Positions 13,678 through 27,300 of a DNA stretch of 64,000 nt are shown here, one piece after another. The translations under genes and the position numbers were made by a program. The first letter of the stretch is position 1. The number at the start of each line of letters is the position of its first letter. The notes beneath the pieces are model-generated. The model had not been told where the DNA came from and did not search any database. It was given only the letters and a program-made list of their open reading frames with translations. The stretch is from Marsupella aquatica (taxonomy: Eukaryota > Plantae > Marchantiophyta). Where the stretch lies: positions 2,715,659 to 2,779,658 of the forward strand of contig OZ316895.1 in the NCBI GenBank assembly GCA_973895155.1. The letters run 5' to 3'.

Positions 13678-15870
13678 CTAATGGTCTACATCAAGTGTCG
13701 AAACTAGATCGGCAAGTGGGACAGGAATGTCCTCTAGGGGGGCTAGCCGCTGCGGAGTCACACTAGCACCCACTGTCAGAGATCGACGATAGACGGCCCG
13801 AGCTTGAGCACGCTGTAAGGTGACTGAAATGCGTTGGCGAAAGTGCGTGGTCAAAACAGATAGCGGGGGCCCGGTGGGACCCATCCAGCCGTGAACATCC
13901 CGAGCAGCTTGGCGAAGAAGCCCGTCGAACTGATGATGGAGACGCCCAAATATCTCAACAGCAAGGGGCAGGAAGCTATCAGATGAAGCTCGTGCAACAT
14001 ATTTGGCCTCCTTCGTTGTTGCTGCTCGTGATGCTGCTGCCCCTGCCGTTGTTGCCGCTGTCCCAATGATGTCTTGGCGCAATGGGTTTGCCACCACTAC
14101 ATCTGCCAAAGTACGGTGACCATCACGGACCATGGTAAGATCCACCCGTAACCGCTGTGATGGAGGACCAGGTAACTCGAGCACCACCTCCCGCCGTGCG
14201 CAGACCAAAGAGCCAGAGAGAACCTGAGCAGTCGCATCTCTCACAGCGTCATGAACAAAAATGGTTTCGCCGCCCAAACTGCATCGAAGAAGATGGACAC
14301 CTGTGGCATCACAAGGCTTCCCACAAGTGCAAGTAGGAGGTAAACCAGCAAGAAGTGGGTGGGGCAAGCCCATACGAAGACGCATGGCTATCGTAAACTC
14401 CGCTGAAGACATCCACAGGTGAGGAATGACTGGATTGGCCTAAAGCCAGCCTCCTGCGCCCTTCCCTCCGGAAGAACGAATCCGAGCTCGGTCCGTGTCA
14501 GGTGCCTCGGTGAGGATGCTGGAAAGGGTGAAAGCGTGCATACGCCCAGCAAGGTCTGCCTGAAGACGGACGGGGTCCAAGGATAAAAACTCCTGGAATG
14601 AAGGTAACGCAGCTCGAACAGGATCGGGTAATGATGACCGCGCCGTGCGCAAATGAACCTGAAATGGGAGGGAACCCTCCTCGACCTCCATGAGAGATGA
14701 AAGTAAAAAAGGTCGATCCTCAGTAAGGAAACGATCAGCCAACAATGAGAAGGCGGCCGCCCACGCGCCCAAGAAGGCCAAAGGGGCAAGGCGCTCAGTG
14801 GAAGTAAGCCCAAAACCACCGTGAGAAATAGGAAGACTGAGCTGTCGATGAAGCCACGGAGATGAGAGTAAAGTACCTGGCCCTAAAAGAGAGGCCAAAG
14901 TCTCACGAATGGAGACATCAAACGCTCGGAGGTGTAGATAAAGATCCTCGGTAGGGGGATGTGTCCGAGCCAAATAGGACGCACGAGGGTGGATGCATCT
15001 CAACAACAACCCAAATGCTGCCTGAGAGTCTGCTAACTTAGGGAGCATAGGAGTAGGGGCTAAGGCAGCCTGGAGAGCGTCAGCAATGAAAGATGAGCAA
15101 TAGGAGGCGGTACCGACTGGGGAGCCAAGGACCCAAAGACCGTCGGCAGGACGTAAGAACCCAGGGGGAAGCGCAAGATCAGAGGGTAACCCAGCTGGAC
15201 TCCATGCACGACTCTTCACCGGCTGAACTCGTAAACCGAGGCCCAACAAATGGGTGGAAAGGGTGGCGAGGGCAGAAGTAACAGCAACAGGTGGACCAAT
15301 GATGTGGGTGTCATCTGAAAGGGAGGGGAAGATACACTGGGGGTGGGCCGCGGAGGCTTCTCGTAAAGCAGTAAAATGTGCAATGGCAAAAAGAGGCCCA
15401 CCCAAAGGGTCACCCTGACGTGTACCTTCTGCAGAAGAAAGAGTGGTATACGCTCCTGTAGAGGTGTGATGACTATAGAAGAGGGGGGCCTCGAACCCAT
15501 AAAAACAACGGACAAAGGGGATAAGGGACTGGATGTCTGGATCCGCTGCCCTCAAAGCACGAAAAATTGCTGCCCGAGAAACCGTATTGAAAGTATTGGA
15601 GACATTAACCTGGAGGACAACCCAATCAGGGTGGAGGTCCAAGGTAGTACGAATACCCGCAATAATTGTCTCACAACCGCCAGGAACGCCCACTGCAAAC
15701 TGATGTGGAGAGAGATGATCCGATAGTGCAGAGCGATACTGCGATGAAAGTGCGCGAGACACCAGACGAAGAAAAACCTCTCCAATAGCTATGGGCCGAA
15801 CACCCGGTGAAGACTTAGCCATGGCCAATAAACGAGAAGCACTCAAAAGCCGAGAGACGGGAGGAGGCAA
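13678..15870 (-). pseudogene. Disrupted RT-RLE ORF of the retrotransposon
   Basis: Two ORFs in one frame are separated by a single in-frame stop (GWL*ANPVIPHLWMSS). The first catalytic Asp reads Asn (LQVNVSNTFN). No N-terminus is present. Confidence 0.85.
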
Positions 15871-18461
15871 ACGGCCGGCAGCAATACACTGGCAAAAGGA
15901 GAAGAAAACACAAAATCCTTTTGTACGTCATTTTGTAAACGAATCCTTATTATTTTCAGGTAATACTAACCTAGAGTAGTCCATCGGGGTGACAAGGTTC
16001 ACGGGAGTGGTTCATCCCAGAATCTTCTTAAAAAAAAACACTTGTTGAAAGTGTTCTCTATTTTATTAACTTCAAAATTAGCTGCCAATGAGAAAATTAA
16101 AGAAGAAGTTAGCCACCAATAATGAGGTGGCAGGTACAAACTCGAGGGCGTAATTATTCTTCCTAAAAATAAAATTTGGCCACAGTAGAACGAGAAGCGT
16201 ACGTAAGTGTGGTATAAGCATACGAAAAACTCCCGCCCAATTCTCATTATTACAATAGCGCTGTGGTAGACGCCGCAAAACGATGACAGGACTGTAAAAT
16301 TCAATGGAGAACCAACAAAATGGACCGCAGCTCTATGCATATTATTATTAGGAGACTGAAGGAGACTGCTGAAAATAATGGCGGGTCAGCTGTAGGCCCT
16401 AATCTCGGGGCCGGTAATGCCGCAAATCAGGTCCTGTATTTGAAAATTTAGTCCATGTCGAAGATAACAAAAAGGTGGCAAAATAGTCCAGATGGACCAC
16501 ATTATTCGATTCGGATGGACTGTAGCTATGAACTCACATTTATATTTCCTTTGTATAAATGGTTCAGATTTTGGGGTGACAAAAACTGCTACAGTGGACC
16601 TGTAACTGATAAATTGGGTTGGGTTTCCACACTGTTGCCTGCTAACGAAACTGCCATTTCCCATTCTTCCCAAATAAACGAGGGTAACAAAAAGGTTGCC
16701 AGAACACTCTAGATGGACCAAAGTATTTGGCAAAGAACTGGGATAGACTGACACACTCCTGCATAGACCATTTTCAAGCATTGCTTTGAACTTACATTAT
16801 ATATTTCCTTTGCATAAATGGCTCCCATTTTAAGGTCTGGAAACTGCCAGACCTACAGTATTCATAAATTGGGTTTATTGCTCGTTTGCCTTGTAATGAT
16901 AAAATAGTGCGTTGTCAGCCCAAAGAAAAACACTCTTCACGGATTTGCAATTGCAATGATTCGAAGCAATCTGAGAGCATGCTAGATTTGGGTCAACATT
17001 CTGTGCGAAGTAGGGTAGCCAAGAGGAGTATATCTATTACAAAAAGTCCTTTCAATTTAGGGAGGGAGGACAAATTTTGACAACACTGTTGAAAGGTGTA
17101 AGTCTTCTCCAACCAATCACAGAGCAAAGAACGTTTTTTATTGGGAGATGTCATTACAGACCCCATTATTGGGACTGGTCTAGCACTCGCTATGCTCACG
17201 AATACTATTTCCATATCTTAAGTTTCAGCTGGGTAGGTGTAGCTTGCGAGCGAAAAGGAAATATTTTTCTATTATGAGGAAAAAATATTCAGAGTATACG
17301 CTAGCAAAACTGGCTAGTCCCTAACTAGCCAAAACAAAGTTTCAAATATCTTAACTTTGTGTCTTATTTAGTAAAATCCAATTTTGCGGCTCCTCTTTTG
17401 GCTAGCGAATTTGCTGGTGGTAGAAATTCAAAACTCAGCAAAAATTGCGAGGTATCGTGAATCACTTTGTTTGACTCGCTAGCAAACATTCCTTTTTGCT
17501 TGCATCATACAATGCAGGTTTTAGCTTTCCAAATTCATTTAGATAATATGATTATTACCTAGACCAAGATGCACCCGGACCCAGCTACCTACAGACTCTT
17601 GGAGGACTTCTTTTGCTCATGTGTTGTTGTGTACCTTTCTGGAGGCTATAGTCTCCTTGATTGTTGATGGCAGTCAGGCCTTTGTGCCTCCCCACCAAAA
17701 AGAACACTTAAAAAAGGGATACAATAAACATAGCCTTGGAGGAATCATTTCTTGATTTTTTCTTCAAGAGTTGATTAAAAAGCACAACTCCAAGCCTTTG
17801 TGGGAAAAAAAACTGTAGAACTGGAGAAGATCTCAATTACTTAGCCTTAGACAAATTTGGGAGGTTTGAGTGCACAGGTCGGGGGCTCATGGAACCCTAC
17901 TCCTAGTCCAAGTCTTTGGAAGACCCTGAACAAGACAACAAGTGATTTAAATTTCTTTCCAAAAGGTTCAGAACTGTAGGGTAGTAAAATGTTTTTACAA
18001 ATCAAAATTTAGGGTAGTACTGTGCGTGCCTCCATCATTCAATTTAAAGATGAGAATTTAGCTTGGCCAATTGTGGCACAGGTTGTACCACAACAGTGCA
18101 AAACAAAACAACAAGTATATTAAGGAAGACAAGCCTCTTCTGTATTAATTCGCGCACCAAAAACACCTACTAACCTCCGTCCACTAAGCAAGGCCATATT
18201 TGGCTGATTCCCATCCCTGTCTTTTCTCCGAATCCCCGCTAAATAGGCGGCAAGCATCAGCAGGAATTTGTCTTCTGATGCGATCTGTTCTTCGTACTTT
18301 TCCCTCCCTAAATAAGGTAAGTCCTCTACTATGTCAGCAGGTCGTGCCGCCACCATAGCCACCTCTCCATTAAGTTGGCGGGACAGGGCGTTCTTTGTCC
18401 GGACCAAACTTACGGCCAACTTCGGCGTCATTATGGTCTTCAGGCAGTGAAACTTTTTGTC

Positions 18462-18690
18462 ACTCCCTTTTCTGGGTTGACATCCTGAGCATTTATACTA
18501 TTTTGTAACCATCTAAAATAGATTTTCAAAATTACCCTCTCAATTGGATTACTTCATTACGTGTTGCGCACTTCGCTCCCTTTTGTGGGTTGACATTTTC
18601 AGCATTTATACTATTCTGGAGCCATCTAAAATGGATTTCAAAATTACCCTCTCAATTGGATTCCTTCATCACTTTGCTTCGCACTTCGCG
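18462..18690. repeat. ~116 bp tandem duplication
   Basis: ctccctttt..gggttgacat...agcatttatactatt...caaaattaccctctcaattggatt...cgcacttcgc twice. Confidence 0.85.
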
Positions 18691-18779
18691 TTATGCATCA
18701 TTTTGATTTCGTAGCGCATCATATTGAATTATTGATCCATAGTTTGAAATAATCTATCATCACTTCTGACTGGGGATCA

Positions 18780-18911
18780 CAGCAGTCTTTGTACATCAGT
18801 CTGTCAGCAAGAAAACCAGAGTGCAATCAGAACGCTGGAGGTCCCATAGCAGTCTTTGGACATCAGTCTGTCAGCAAGAAAACCAGAGTGCAATCAGAAC
18901 GCTAGAGGTCG
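18780..18911. repeat. ~68 bp tandem duplication
   Basis: agcagtctttg(t/g)acatcagtctgtcagcaagaaaaccagagtgcaatcagaacgct(g/a)gaggtc x2. Confidence 0.9.
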
Positions 18912-21428
18912 CATGACTTGTATCTTCGCTTCTGGTGTCGACGATCATTAGAGAGGTTTTCGTGAAGCACAGGATGAGATTAATTTGATCTTTGGTGAGT
19001 GCTTGACATTGGAAATTGATGAGGAAACGAGAGAGATTCTATGTTTTAGTAAATTCTGTCCTACACCACATTCATTTGGAATTTTTTGATGAGTTGAACA
19101 GAATTGGGTCCTGTTGAAGGACACATCGTGCGAGAACAGGGCAATCCTGTGCACCTCGTTTGTGTCTCTTTTCATTGTGGCGTTCTACGAAAATTACGAA
19201 TTGACGACTGTCCTTGGGGGTTGGGCTTCATATTCAGATTATGGAGTTTATGAGAAGTCATAAAGAAAATGCAATCTTCCTCTCTTTCATGCGGATAATT
19301 CAGAAGCAGATTATGTCGGATCGAAAAATTTCCTGATTCGGGTGTTATTGGAGCAGTGCCGGCCTTGGGCTTCGGCTAGAGAGTTGCATCGCAATGGTGT
19401 TGGCACGTTTTAGAAGTTGACTGTTAGTGTCGGAGGAAGCCAATCTCTAAGTGGAAAGAAATTTTCTTCTTTGCGGATCGTTTGTAGATGATGGTGAACC
19501 CCAAAACCGGGTCAAAAGTCAGATGCTGAAGGGGGCAGGATGATGGATAAGAGCAACACGAACTTACCTTAATTAAAACAGAAAAGGCTTGGATCTGCCT
19601 CCTTTACCTGCCTGGCAATACCTGTCTCTCTCTCCTTCAGAAATTAATCGCACACCAGTCTAGTTTGTAGGGGCGGGCACGCTCTCCTGTTGGTATCCTT
19701 TGACGGATCAATTCCGGTCAACACTAATATGGAAATTTTGATAGATTGCGCGCTGCACTACTCCAGCTCATTGCCCCTTACGTGGCTGCCTCCTGGATGT
19801 TGCGTCGTGTCTAAGCCTGTCCGGAAGTCTGGACGAACATGTGCCATTCTTCCTACAATTATGTGGACACACTGAATTCTACCGGTTGGGTTCTCAGTAA
19901 AGTTCCCAATCGAGGAAAATAAAATTGTACCGGTTTGAAAAATACAGTACAGAAGCTTGGTCCCAAGCTGAAATGGGAGGGAATTTAACTAGGAAGGCTT
20001 GATTTACTATAAAAAGCAAGCTAGAGAATCTGCAGGTCTGATGTATTAATTGGTAAATTTGTGAAACTGAATACCCCAACGATATCACTGTCACAAAGCT
20101 GAAAGTGCAGTGTTTGGACTCAATCTACCTGTTCCGATGGTACTGCTGTCTACACGAGCAGTCAGACTTGGAAAACTCAGCTGCACGAGAATCAAATGCT
20201 CACCAGTCACGAAAATCATGTAACAAGAGCCTAGAGCCTCCTTTTTAGACATCCGTGCCAAGGGGAATACGGTAGTGTTCGCTTTGTTCCACTTCGGCTC
20301 GTACTCTCGTCCTGCTTTACTCTTCGTTCAACTTAGGCAGTTCTCATAGGCCAGTCTACTTCTTGGGCTCTGGTTTATTCTCCTTCAACATGGGCAGTTC
20401 ACATAGGCCGGTCTAGTTCTTGGGCTCGTGAAAAGAAGGGTAAAACGGATCTCGCATATCGAAACTACCTCTCTCATCGCCCATTTATTTTACAGTAGCG
20501 CTATTATCTGTACCGCCTATTATGCGCTGTGGAGTCGTCGACACCCAATAAGGTTTACTGCATTCCATAGACTTTCCCATCGACTCGAGCTTCGCCCCTA
20601 TATCACCTATCTCACAGGAAAAAATTAGGATGGCAATTCCGAAGACAGCTTAAAAAATCGTCGTCTACAGGTCGTAGATATCAATGAATTCACCACACAG
20701 GCTTATTATGTATAACTTCTAACGCAATTACATCCGGCCACAAAACTACGACGCGAACTTGGTGCCTTTGCGAAATTAACGGAAAGAACTGGTAGTTTCG
20801 AGTCATATACCAGATCACCCTCTTGAGAGTGATCGAATGTTAACTGTAACAACTTCCAGTATTTTTCAAACATCCGACCCAATAGTCTCTCTCCCAGGAT
20901 CTTTGAAGTGCTTAGTTTGATTAGGATAATCAAAAGTTTCACTCTGAAAGTCACCTACCAGTGTTGAAATCATCCTCATCCAAATTGAAGAACCACGTCG
21001 TCGCCGAACAAAACAGGCCCACTTCTCAAATTCTAGACAATTCAGTGCAGTCTACCACATCCAGGCACCCACTTCCAAAAGGGCACAAATCTAAGGGTTC
21101 TACGCGTCAGCCGTCTGTTAATAACTGGAAGTTTGTAACTTACATAAGCCCTATGCATTATACCCCTCTTTGTGAGGATCCCATTTACGCTACTGCTACA
21201 GTTTGTTCTCAACCAATCGGTGTCACGACCTGCGAGTGTCATTCCTCTAGATGTGTCACAATGTTGAACATCGGTAAGACTCAGACGACGGTTTAGTAAC
21301 TGGTTCTAGTGAGTCTATACCAGACCGGAGATTGGAGGCTGACATCTAAGTTAATACATGTACATCTACTCAATCATGCCATTAGGCATTAATTTGACTT
21401 ATCCTAGAGACTACCGCTGCGACGTTTA

Positions 21429-24400
21429 CTAATTTGATAAGGTTTCCCGAACGTCCATGCCCAAGGATGCATCTTCAGTACCTCCAGGTAGCCAAATCTC
21501 TACATGCGTACCCCCAGCTCCAATAGGTGCATCCACCAAGTGCGGAGATCTAATATTGAGAACCGCACTTGATTCTTCAAGCAATTCTCGGGCGGTTATT
21601 AATCTTAGACCAGCTGCAAATGCCCCTTCCTGAGCTACATTTCCTTTGCTTGAACCACTGAAAACTGATCCCAGAGGACCTAGCAAACGCTCTTGCACCT
21701 ACAAAATTAGCAAACAAGGGTTGGTATTCCGTGGTGGACATCATATACAGATGATAAACGAGAACTGTACTGCAGGGACGTGTTGCTCGAAGACCATCAA
21801 GAGGCATTTACATTACAATCAAGGCTCTTAAATAAAAGGCAAGCTAAAGTAAAGCTTGCCGTCTTGGCATTGACATGGACGAAAGGTGATAGTATTGAAA
21901 TCTTACCAAAAGGCCCATGTCCGGTCCATTGTCTTCAATGACCACTAAAACACCGCCACCTGGAGCCCTCGTCACCTCCGCACTAATCCAACCCCCAGCA
22001 GGTGTGTGCTGTATTGAATACTCAAGTAGATTGCTCAATGCTTGCCGTAAGGAGAGTTCATCAATTGCTGCCATTAGAGGTATGTCCTTTGAGTTGGATT
22101 TCAGCTGCAAGCTTTGATTTTTCTGTTGAGCCAGACTGCCGGCAGCTCTAACCAACTGATAGAGGATCTCAGATACATTGCACAAGCTGCAAGGGTCATC
22201 ATATGACATGTCAGTATAGTGTGGATAACCCGCTTCATGCGATTACAATGAATGACTAGGACCACAGTAATCTTGATAAAACACAGCAATTATTCGGCAA
22301 ACGGCGGATACACTAGTGGACTAAAACCCGAGGGATTGAGAACGAAGCTGGCTTGCGATTTGCTATTCTTGCACAAGATACTTCGTGGCAGAGAAGTTAC
22401 GTTGGCAAAATTTACCTGGTATCTTCTTCTGGTGGTGCTGCAAGAGCAAGTGGGGGCATGGGTGATTCCTCATCTCTCCCCAAAGCCGATGGTGCCGGAA
22501 AAGCAGCTGGTCTTTGACTGCCGTGAGAGCTGTCTCGAGACAAGCCATCAACCTTAAATTGATTTGACCTGAATCCTTCTTCTGGGATATCCCCTTTCGG
22601 GAAAACAGACTGGTCTTTGAGATCGTTAAGAAAATCCTCACCAAATTGGGGAGAATTGGTTCCACTCTGTGGGGAGGAAACAAGTGATAAGGTCAATACA
22701 CATGCAATTACAAGAATAGCTTCTTAGTAAATATTCAAGGAGGTTTGAGTTCAATGCAAGATGCTTGCCATAAGTCACAAGTGTTCATCTACGATATATG
22801 AAGAAGTGGATGGAACAACCCCCTCAAAATCTCATTCCAGTATTAGCCAATTGTAAAACTCTCCTATTGACCTAACCAATACAAATTCAAAGTTTAGATG
22901 TATGAGAAGGTTGCAATGGTGAAGTGCGTAATTCATTTTCCAGATCTTTCTTGGTATCGAAAGAATTCGGTACATAGATCTGAAGACGAAATTTACAGAA
23001 AAAAGAAACAGAAGAATGGTTGAAAATATGATAAGCTTATGATTTCCTTCTGCTATCACCAGAATTCCTCGGTCTAGGGTCAAGTTTCAGACCAGCTTTT
23101 TAATATATCAAGGATTAAGTCATACATTTGTAAGATATAAAACCTTTTGGAGTTGCTGGACGACGTCGTTCATTCGACTTCCCTGTACCAGTATGTCCTC
23201 AACAACATCTCGCGATATCTGCACATCATAGAGATATAAGGATCTTTATCATCCACTAAGAGATTGGCCCTAGTTTTTTAGGATCCGAGTTCACTACAGA
23301 GCCATAGGGGTTCGAAAGTGCACGCAGAGTACTGTGTTTACAGTTATGATAAACTGAGATGCAAGACTGCAGCAAAGACTCAAACGGACACTTTAAATTC
23401 GTCAATGATTTCTAGACTTGCTGGTAACTTCTTAGATGCTTTACAGTGCTGTCCAAACGATCGAAGTCACAAAGTAAGCTGTAGGAAGTTGGTTAAGCAA
23501 CCTCGCCTCTCTTCAAGTGTGGGAGGAGCATCTTGCCGAGTGTTCTCACTGCCATCAATGGTCCTCGAACCTTCAAGTACAAACTTATACAGGCCTCAGA
23601 AAATGGATAGCAAAAATATGACTTGCCAGTCCTTGCGCTCATAGAGAAATGTACAAATAATGAACACGGGACGACAAGTGTCAGAAAGAGAGATCCGTAC
23701 TTGATCAACAAGACTGTCAATGTGAACCCCTCTTTGCCATGAAGATTGCTGGAGTAAAACAGATCTCTGAAAGGAAAGAAAACCATTTTATCACCAAGAC
23801 ATCAGATTTGTATGAAACTGCATCCACGATTTCTGTGGCATTCGTAACATGATCCATCCCATTGTAGGCTAACACGATGGCTCATAAATATCCCTTGCAG
23901 TACAAATACTCTAAATTAATTGAAAGATATTGTCACCACGTCAAAGAACGCAAAATCTCTTTCATTGCTTCCAACGAGACAGAATCCGAGGTACAGTTCT
24001 GCACTATGGATTGCAAATCTTCATTTAGGTCATCCATAAGATTCATTCAAAAATACCATGTGCAAATATGTCAGTCCCTCAGCTTACGATAAGTGTTGCT
24101 ACTGAGCTGCGCTATCAACCAACGAGTATAATAGAATGACTAGTTCTGTCAACTGACTCAATAAAGCGTTCCCATACCTGGTCCATAACACAAGCCAATG
24201 CCAAAGTGCGAGCAATTTTGGCTGTTTCAGCTTGTTGCTCTTCTGTGAACGTGCCGATGGATGGGTGCTGGTGATCAATGACGTCGGGTTTGGATACAAG
24301 TACCTCCTTTGGATCATTCGCAGAAGTGGATACGAGCTCAGTTTTTTCTTTGGGTGGCCAGGAAGGACGCACAGGTTTTAATATACCAGGTTTTTTTGTC

Positions 24401-26032
24401 CGTAGTGAGACTTTCACAACTGATCTTTCTGCAACAAGAAATCCCACCAAAAACATGTCCTTCACTAACGGCAAAATCATGGCTGAAGACTCTGGAAGCT
24501 CCAATGCCTGCGTCGGCAAACACATCTGGGTCATCAGCGTTAAGAACTTGCTACAGTCTTCTGGAATAGATGCTAAGCAACCACTGAAGTACCTTTAAGC
24601 CTGCTTACACCTAGATTGACCCAGAAAGATTTGGCCTTGAAATGATTTCATTGGCATTCCTTCTACAAGAAGCAGATGCAAGAAACGAAGGATCCCAAGA
24701 TCTTCACAAAGCATTAGAAAGTATCGAGCGTTAGAACTCACTTTCGTCAAGTATAAAAAAAATACAGAACAAGCAAAAGTATCACAACGACTCAAAGTAT
24801 GACTAACAAGAGTGAGTATTATTTCGTGTAGACGACTCACCACCCTCTGAACAAGTGCAGATTCTACATGGCCGAGTGATCCCTGGCTGTCTGACTTGTC
24901 TGTAAGCATCAGAACCTCTTTGTACGTTCCTACGCTCCAACTTGGATTTTTTGGATAGCTAGCAGCAAGGAAGAACTCCAGTTGGCCTGAGGCATAGCTT
25001 TCAGCTGTACGTACATAGACCTGCACATTCCAAACTCACTTGAGTACCCGGCAAAGACTTATGAGAAAACTTTCTCATCATTTAGTGGTCTGGATATTAA
25101 AAGGTGAAGCTTGTCCTCGGGGTCACCTTTATCCGTCGGAGACCATACATTCCATCTGTTATATATATTATTCTCTATTAGGATTACTTTCGACCTCAGA
25201 AATGACCGTCTGGAGTGCTTGGGTAGGAAGGTGGCACCAAAGATGGAGAAATGAGGACCTACAAGGTTTATGACCCAATGATCTCCATATCTGTGCAAAT
25301 TTCTTACCAACATTCAATTCTTACTGTTGAGTGTTTTATTTCTGATGCCCTTGCTTCAGCCGCGGATTTGCGATTCAATTTCATTCGTGTGACCTCAGAT
25401 TTTAAAACGTTCAACTCTATTGATCCATTTCTACAGATCAGTAGATGTGGGCAAATGCTGGGTTGCAGACGAGAAATTATATAAGTCCCAGTTTGGAGCA
25501 TGAACAAGCTCCGCATCTAGGAAACCAATTCCAAAAGGACTTTCGGCTGCTGGGCCTCAGTTAGAGTTGATGCTCGTACCGTTAAATTAGTCTGAACCCC
25601 GACAATCTTCTCGCAAAGGGAAAGCTGTTCAGCGCAAAGGGCCAAGAATTCAGCACTGGGAGGAGACAGCATTCGGCCAGGATCACCAATTTTGGTGAGG
25701 AATCCGAACGGGGTGGATGACACGGATGCAGCAGCAGCAGCTATGGCCAATGCGGAGGTTGGAAGCGGTACTTCGCCTTCGTTCTCCTGTTGCGTCACAG
25801 TCGTGAACATTGACGCCACCCTCAATGCTGATGAAGTGCCATTGACCTCTTGGGAGCCAGAGCGGGCCAGTGGGCTGTTGATGGAACACGCCAGAGCCCG
25901 AATTTTGTCAATATGCTGCGGAGGTCGCCCAATAAAAGTGAAACTGTCCCTTTGAAATCGCCCTACTCCACATAGACTCTCAGCAGGCATGAAGCTCACA
26001 GCTATAGCTGCTGCTGTCATGGTCGTCTGCAT
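21429..26032 (-). CDS. CSK: Chloroplast sensor kinase (Hik2-derived GAF + histidine-kinase-like protein), multi-exon
   Basis: Approximate exons: 26032-25580 (transit peptide, PSAEFLALCAEQLSLC), 25020-24841 (VYVRTAESYASGQLEF), ~24507-24178 (PLVKDMFLVGFLVAE..ARTLALACVMDQ), 23766-23701 (RSVLLQQSSWQ..VDQ), 23570-23502 (VRGPLMAVRTLGKML), ~23218-23126 (ISRDVVEDILVQG), the ~22690-21907 region (LRQALSNLLE, IEDNGPDM) and ~21677-21429 (GLRLITARELLE, GGTHVEIWLP). Junctions checked are GT-AG. Confidence 0.9.
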
Positions 26033-26950
26033 ATTCTACACACCTTCTTCAGTACCCCAAGCAAGGTAACTAAAGCTACTCTTCTTCAGTCTGGGAAATC
26101 GGAAATCCTCTGAATGCCAAAGGACTGGACCCAAACCCCATAACGCACTTTACAATCATACTCCTGCTTATCCACCATCAAACCGAGTCTCTTCACAGCC
26201 CAAAAGATGCTCACACCACCCAAAATTTCAGCACCTCCTTCCAGCACGAATTTCACTTGAGCAAAACCCCGATTGCCCACCGACGAAGCTGAGTACCTAT
26301 GAGAAGCTCACTCTCTCCACAGCAATCCTTGTCCTGTGGAGTTGAGCTGGAAAAGTACTTCTCAGGGAGGCTTCAAGTAAAAGCTCTGGAAGACCATAAA
26401 TCCGAGAGTAAGCGGATGATCCCTCTGTTTGCGCTCACTTCGTATCAGCTGGCCGGGAAGATGAATATGGTTGTTCGCATTGGCTACTTTGCTGCCGATC
26501 TCACGAGAAAAGTGGAAAGGCTCAATCTAATGCCGCCGTGAAAGGAGGCGAGAAAAGCCTAGGAGTAGCCTCCATGAAGAAAGGATGAGAACGCCGGCTC
26601 AAGACCCAACAGCATCCGGCTAAAAAAGCACAGGAATGCACCAAGTACTGTACTTCCCGAATCTTCCGTGGCGCAGGCAGTACACAAAGTCTGTTGTGGA
26701 ACGGAACAGACTGATGTTTGCCTCAGAATGATGGGGATATTTCTGGAGAAGTACAAAATTATGCAAATCCTGTGGCTCTGGTCCGATGGCGCTGACTGAA
26801 ATCTACTGCAAGGGGTCTGCACGGCCTTTTTTTTTTTTGTAACACAAAATTAGTGAGCAAATCCATGCCAAGGGTGTACAGTAGAGCTATAAGATTGGAT
26901 GTGTAGGGTCCCTTTTTGGATCCTTCCATTCTCTGTTACATGATTCAATA

Positions 26951-27300
26951 GGGAGTCTCAAGGGAACTAGCTACAGTAGTTGCTTGAGGTGATTGAAATG
27001 TTGCAGGCCGGGTCACTGACCAAAAATTATGTGGTTCCCACAAAAGGTGGCCTTTAGTAACTCGGGTGGTTAACACACCATCATCCGCACCAAAAGTTGG
27101 TTCTTGCAACATGAGTGGGTGCTCTTTGAGAATTGTCAGCGACCATTCTAAAATTGTTAGTGCCCAACTGACCCACAGAAGTGTGTTGAAACCTTGTGTA
27201 TTAAGTTGACCTGAAAGTTGGTTTTGATCTAGGTCGAGGATGTGGATTTCTTAGAATGGTTGACTAGAGAAAAACAGGTTAGAGCAAGTTTGAGATGCCC
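26951..27300. mobile_element. Tourist/PIF-Harbinger-like MITE
   Basis: Termini gggagtctcaa ... ttgagatgccc form an imperfect inverted pair flanked by ata/taa. The same termini occur on the element at 45538..45927. Confidence 0.55.

Larger units (their letters stand above)
13330..15905 (-). mobile_element. 5'-truncated CRE-clade-like non-LTR retrotransposon (RT + zinc knuckle + restriction-like endonuclease)
   Basis: RT motifs GVRPIAIGE, PHQFAVGVPGG, GTRQGDPLG, SLSDDTHIIG and GGFGL in ORF 14440..15870. The same frame continues past a TAG at 14440-14442 into 13678..14412 with CTCG..HLLRC, HDAVRD, RVDL..LADVVV and KEAKY (RLE-type C-terminus). A pyrimidine-rich 3' UTR runs to about 13330. Confidence 0.88.

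Noticed and set aside
14440-14442. In-frame TAG as programmed readthrough or U-to-C editing site
   Set aside because: The element is also 5'-truncated and has lost a catalytic Asp, so ordinary decay explains it. U-to-C editing is organellar.
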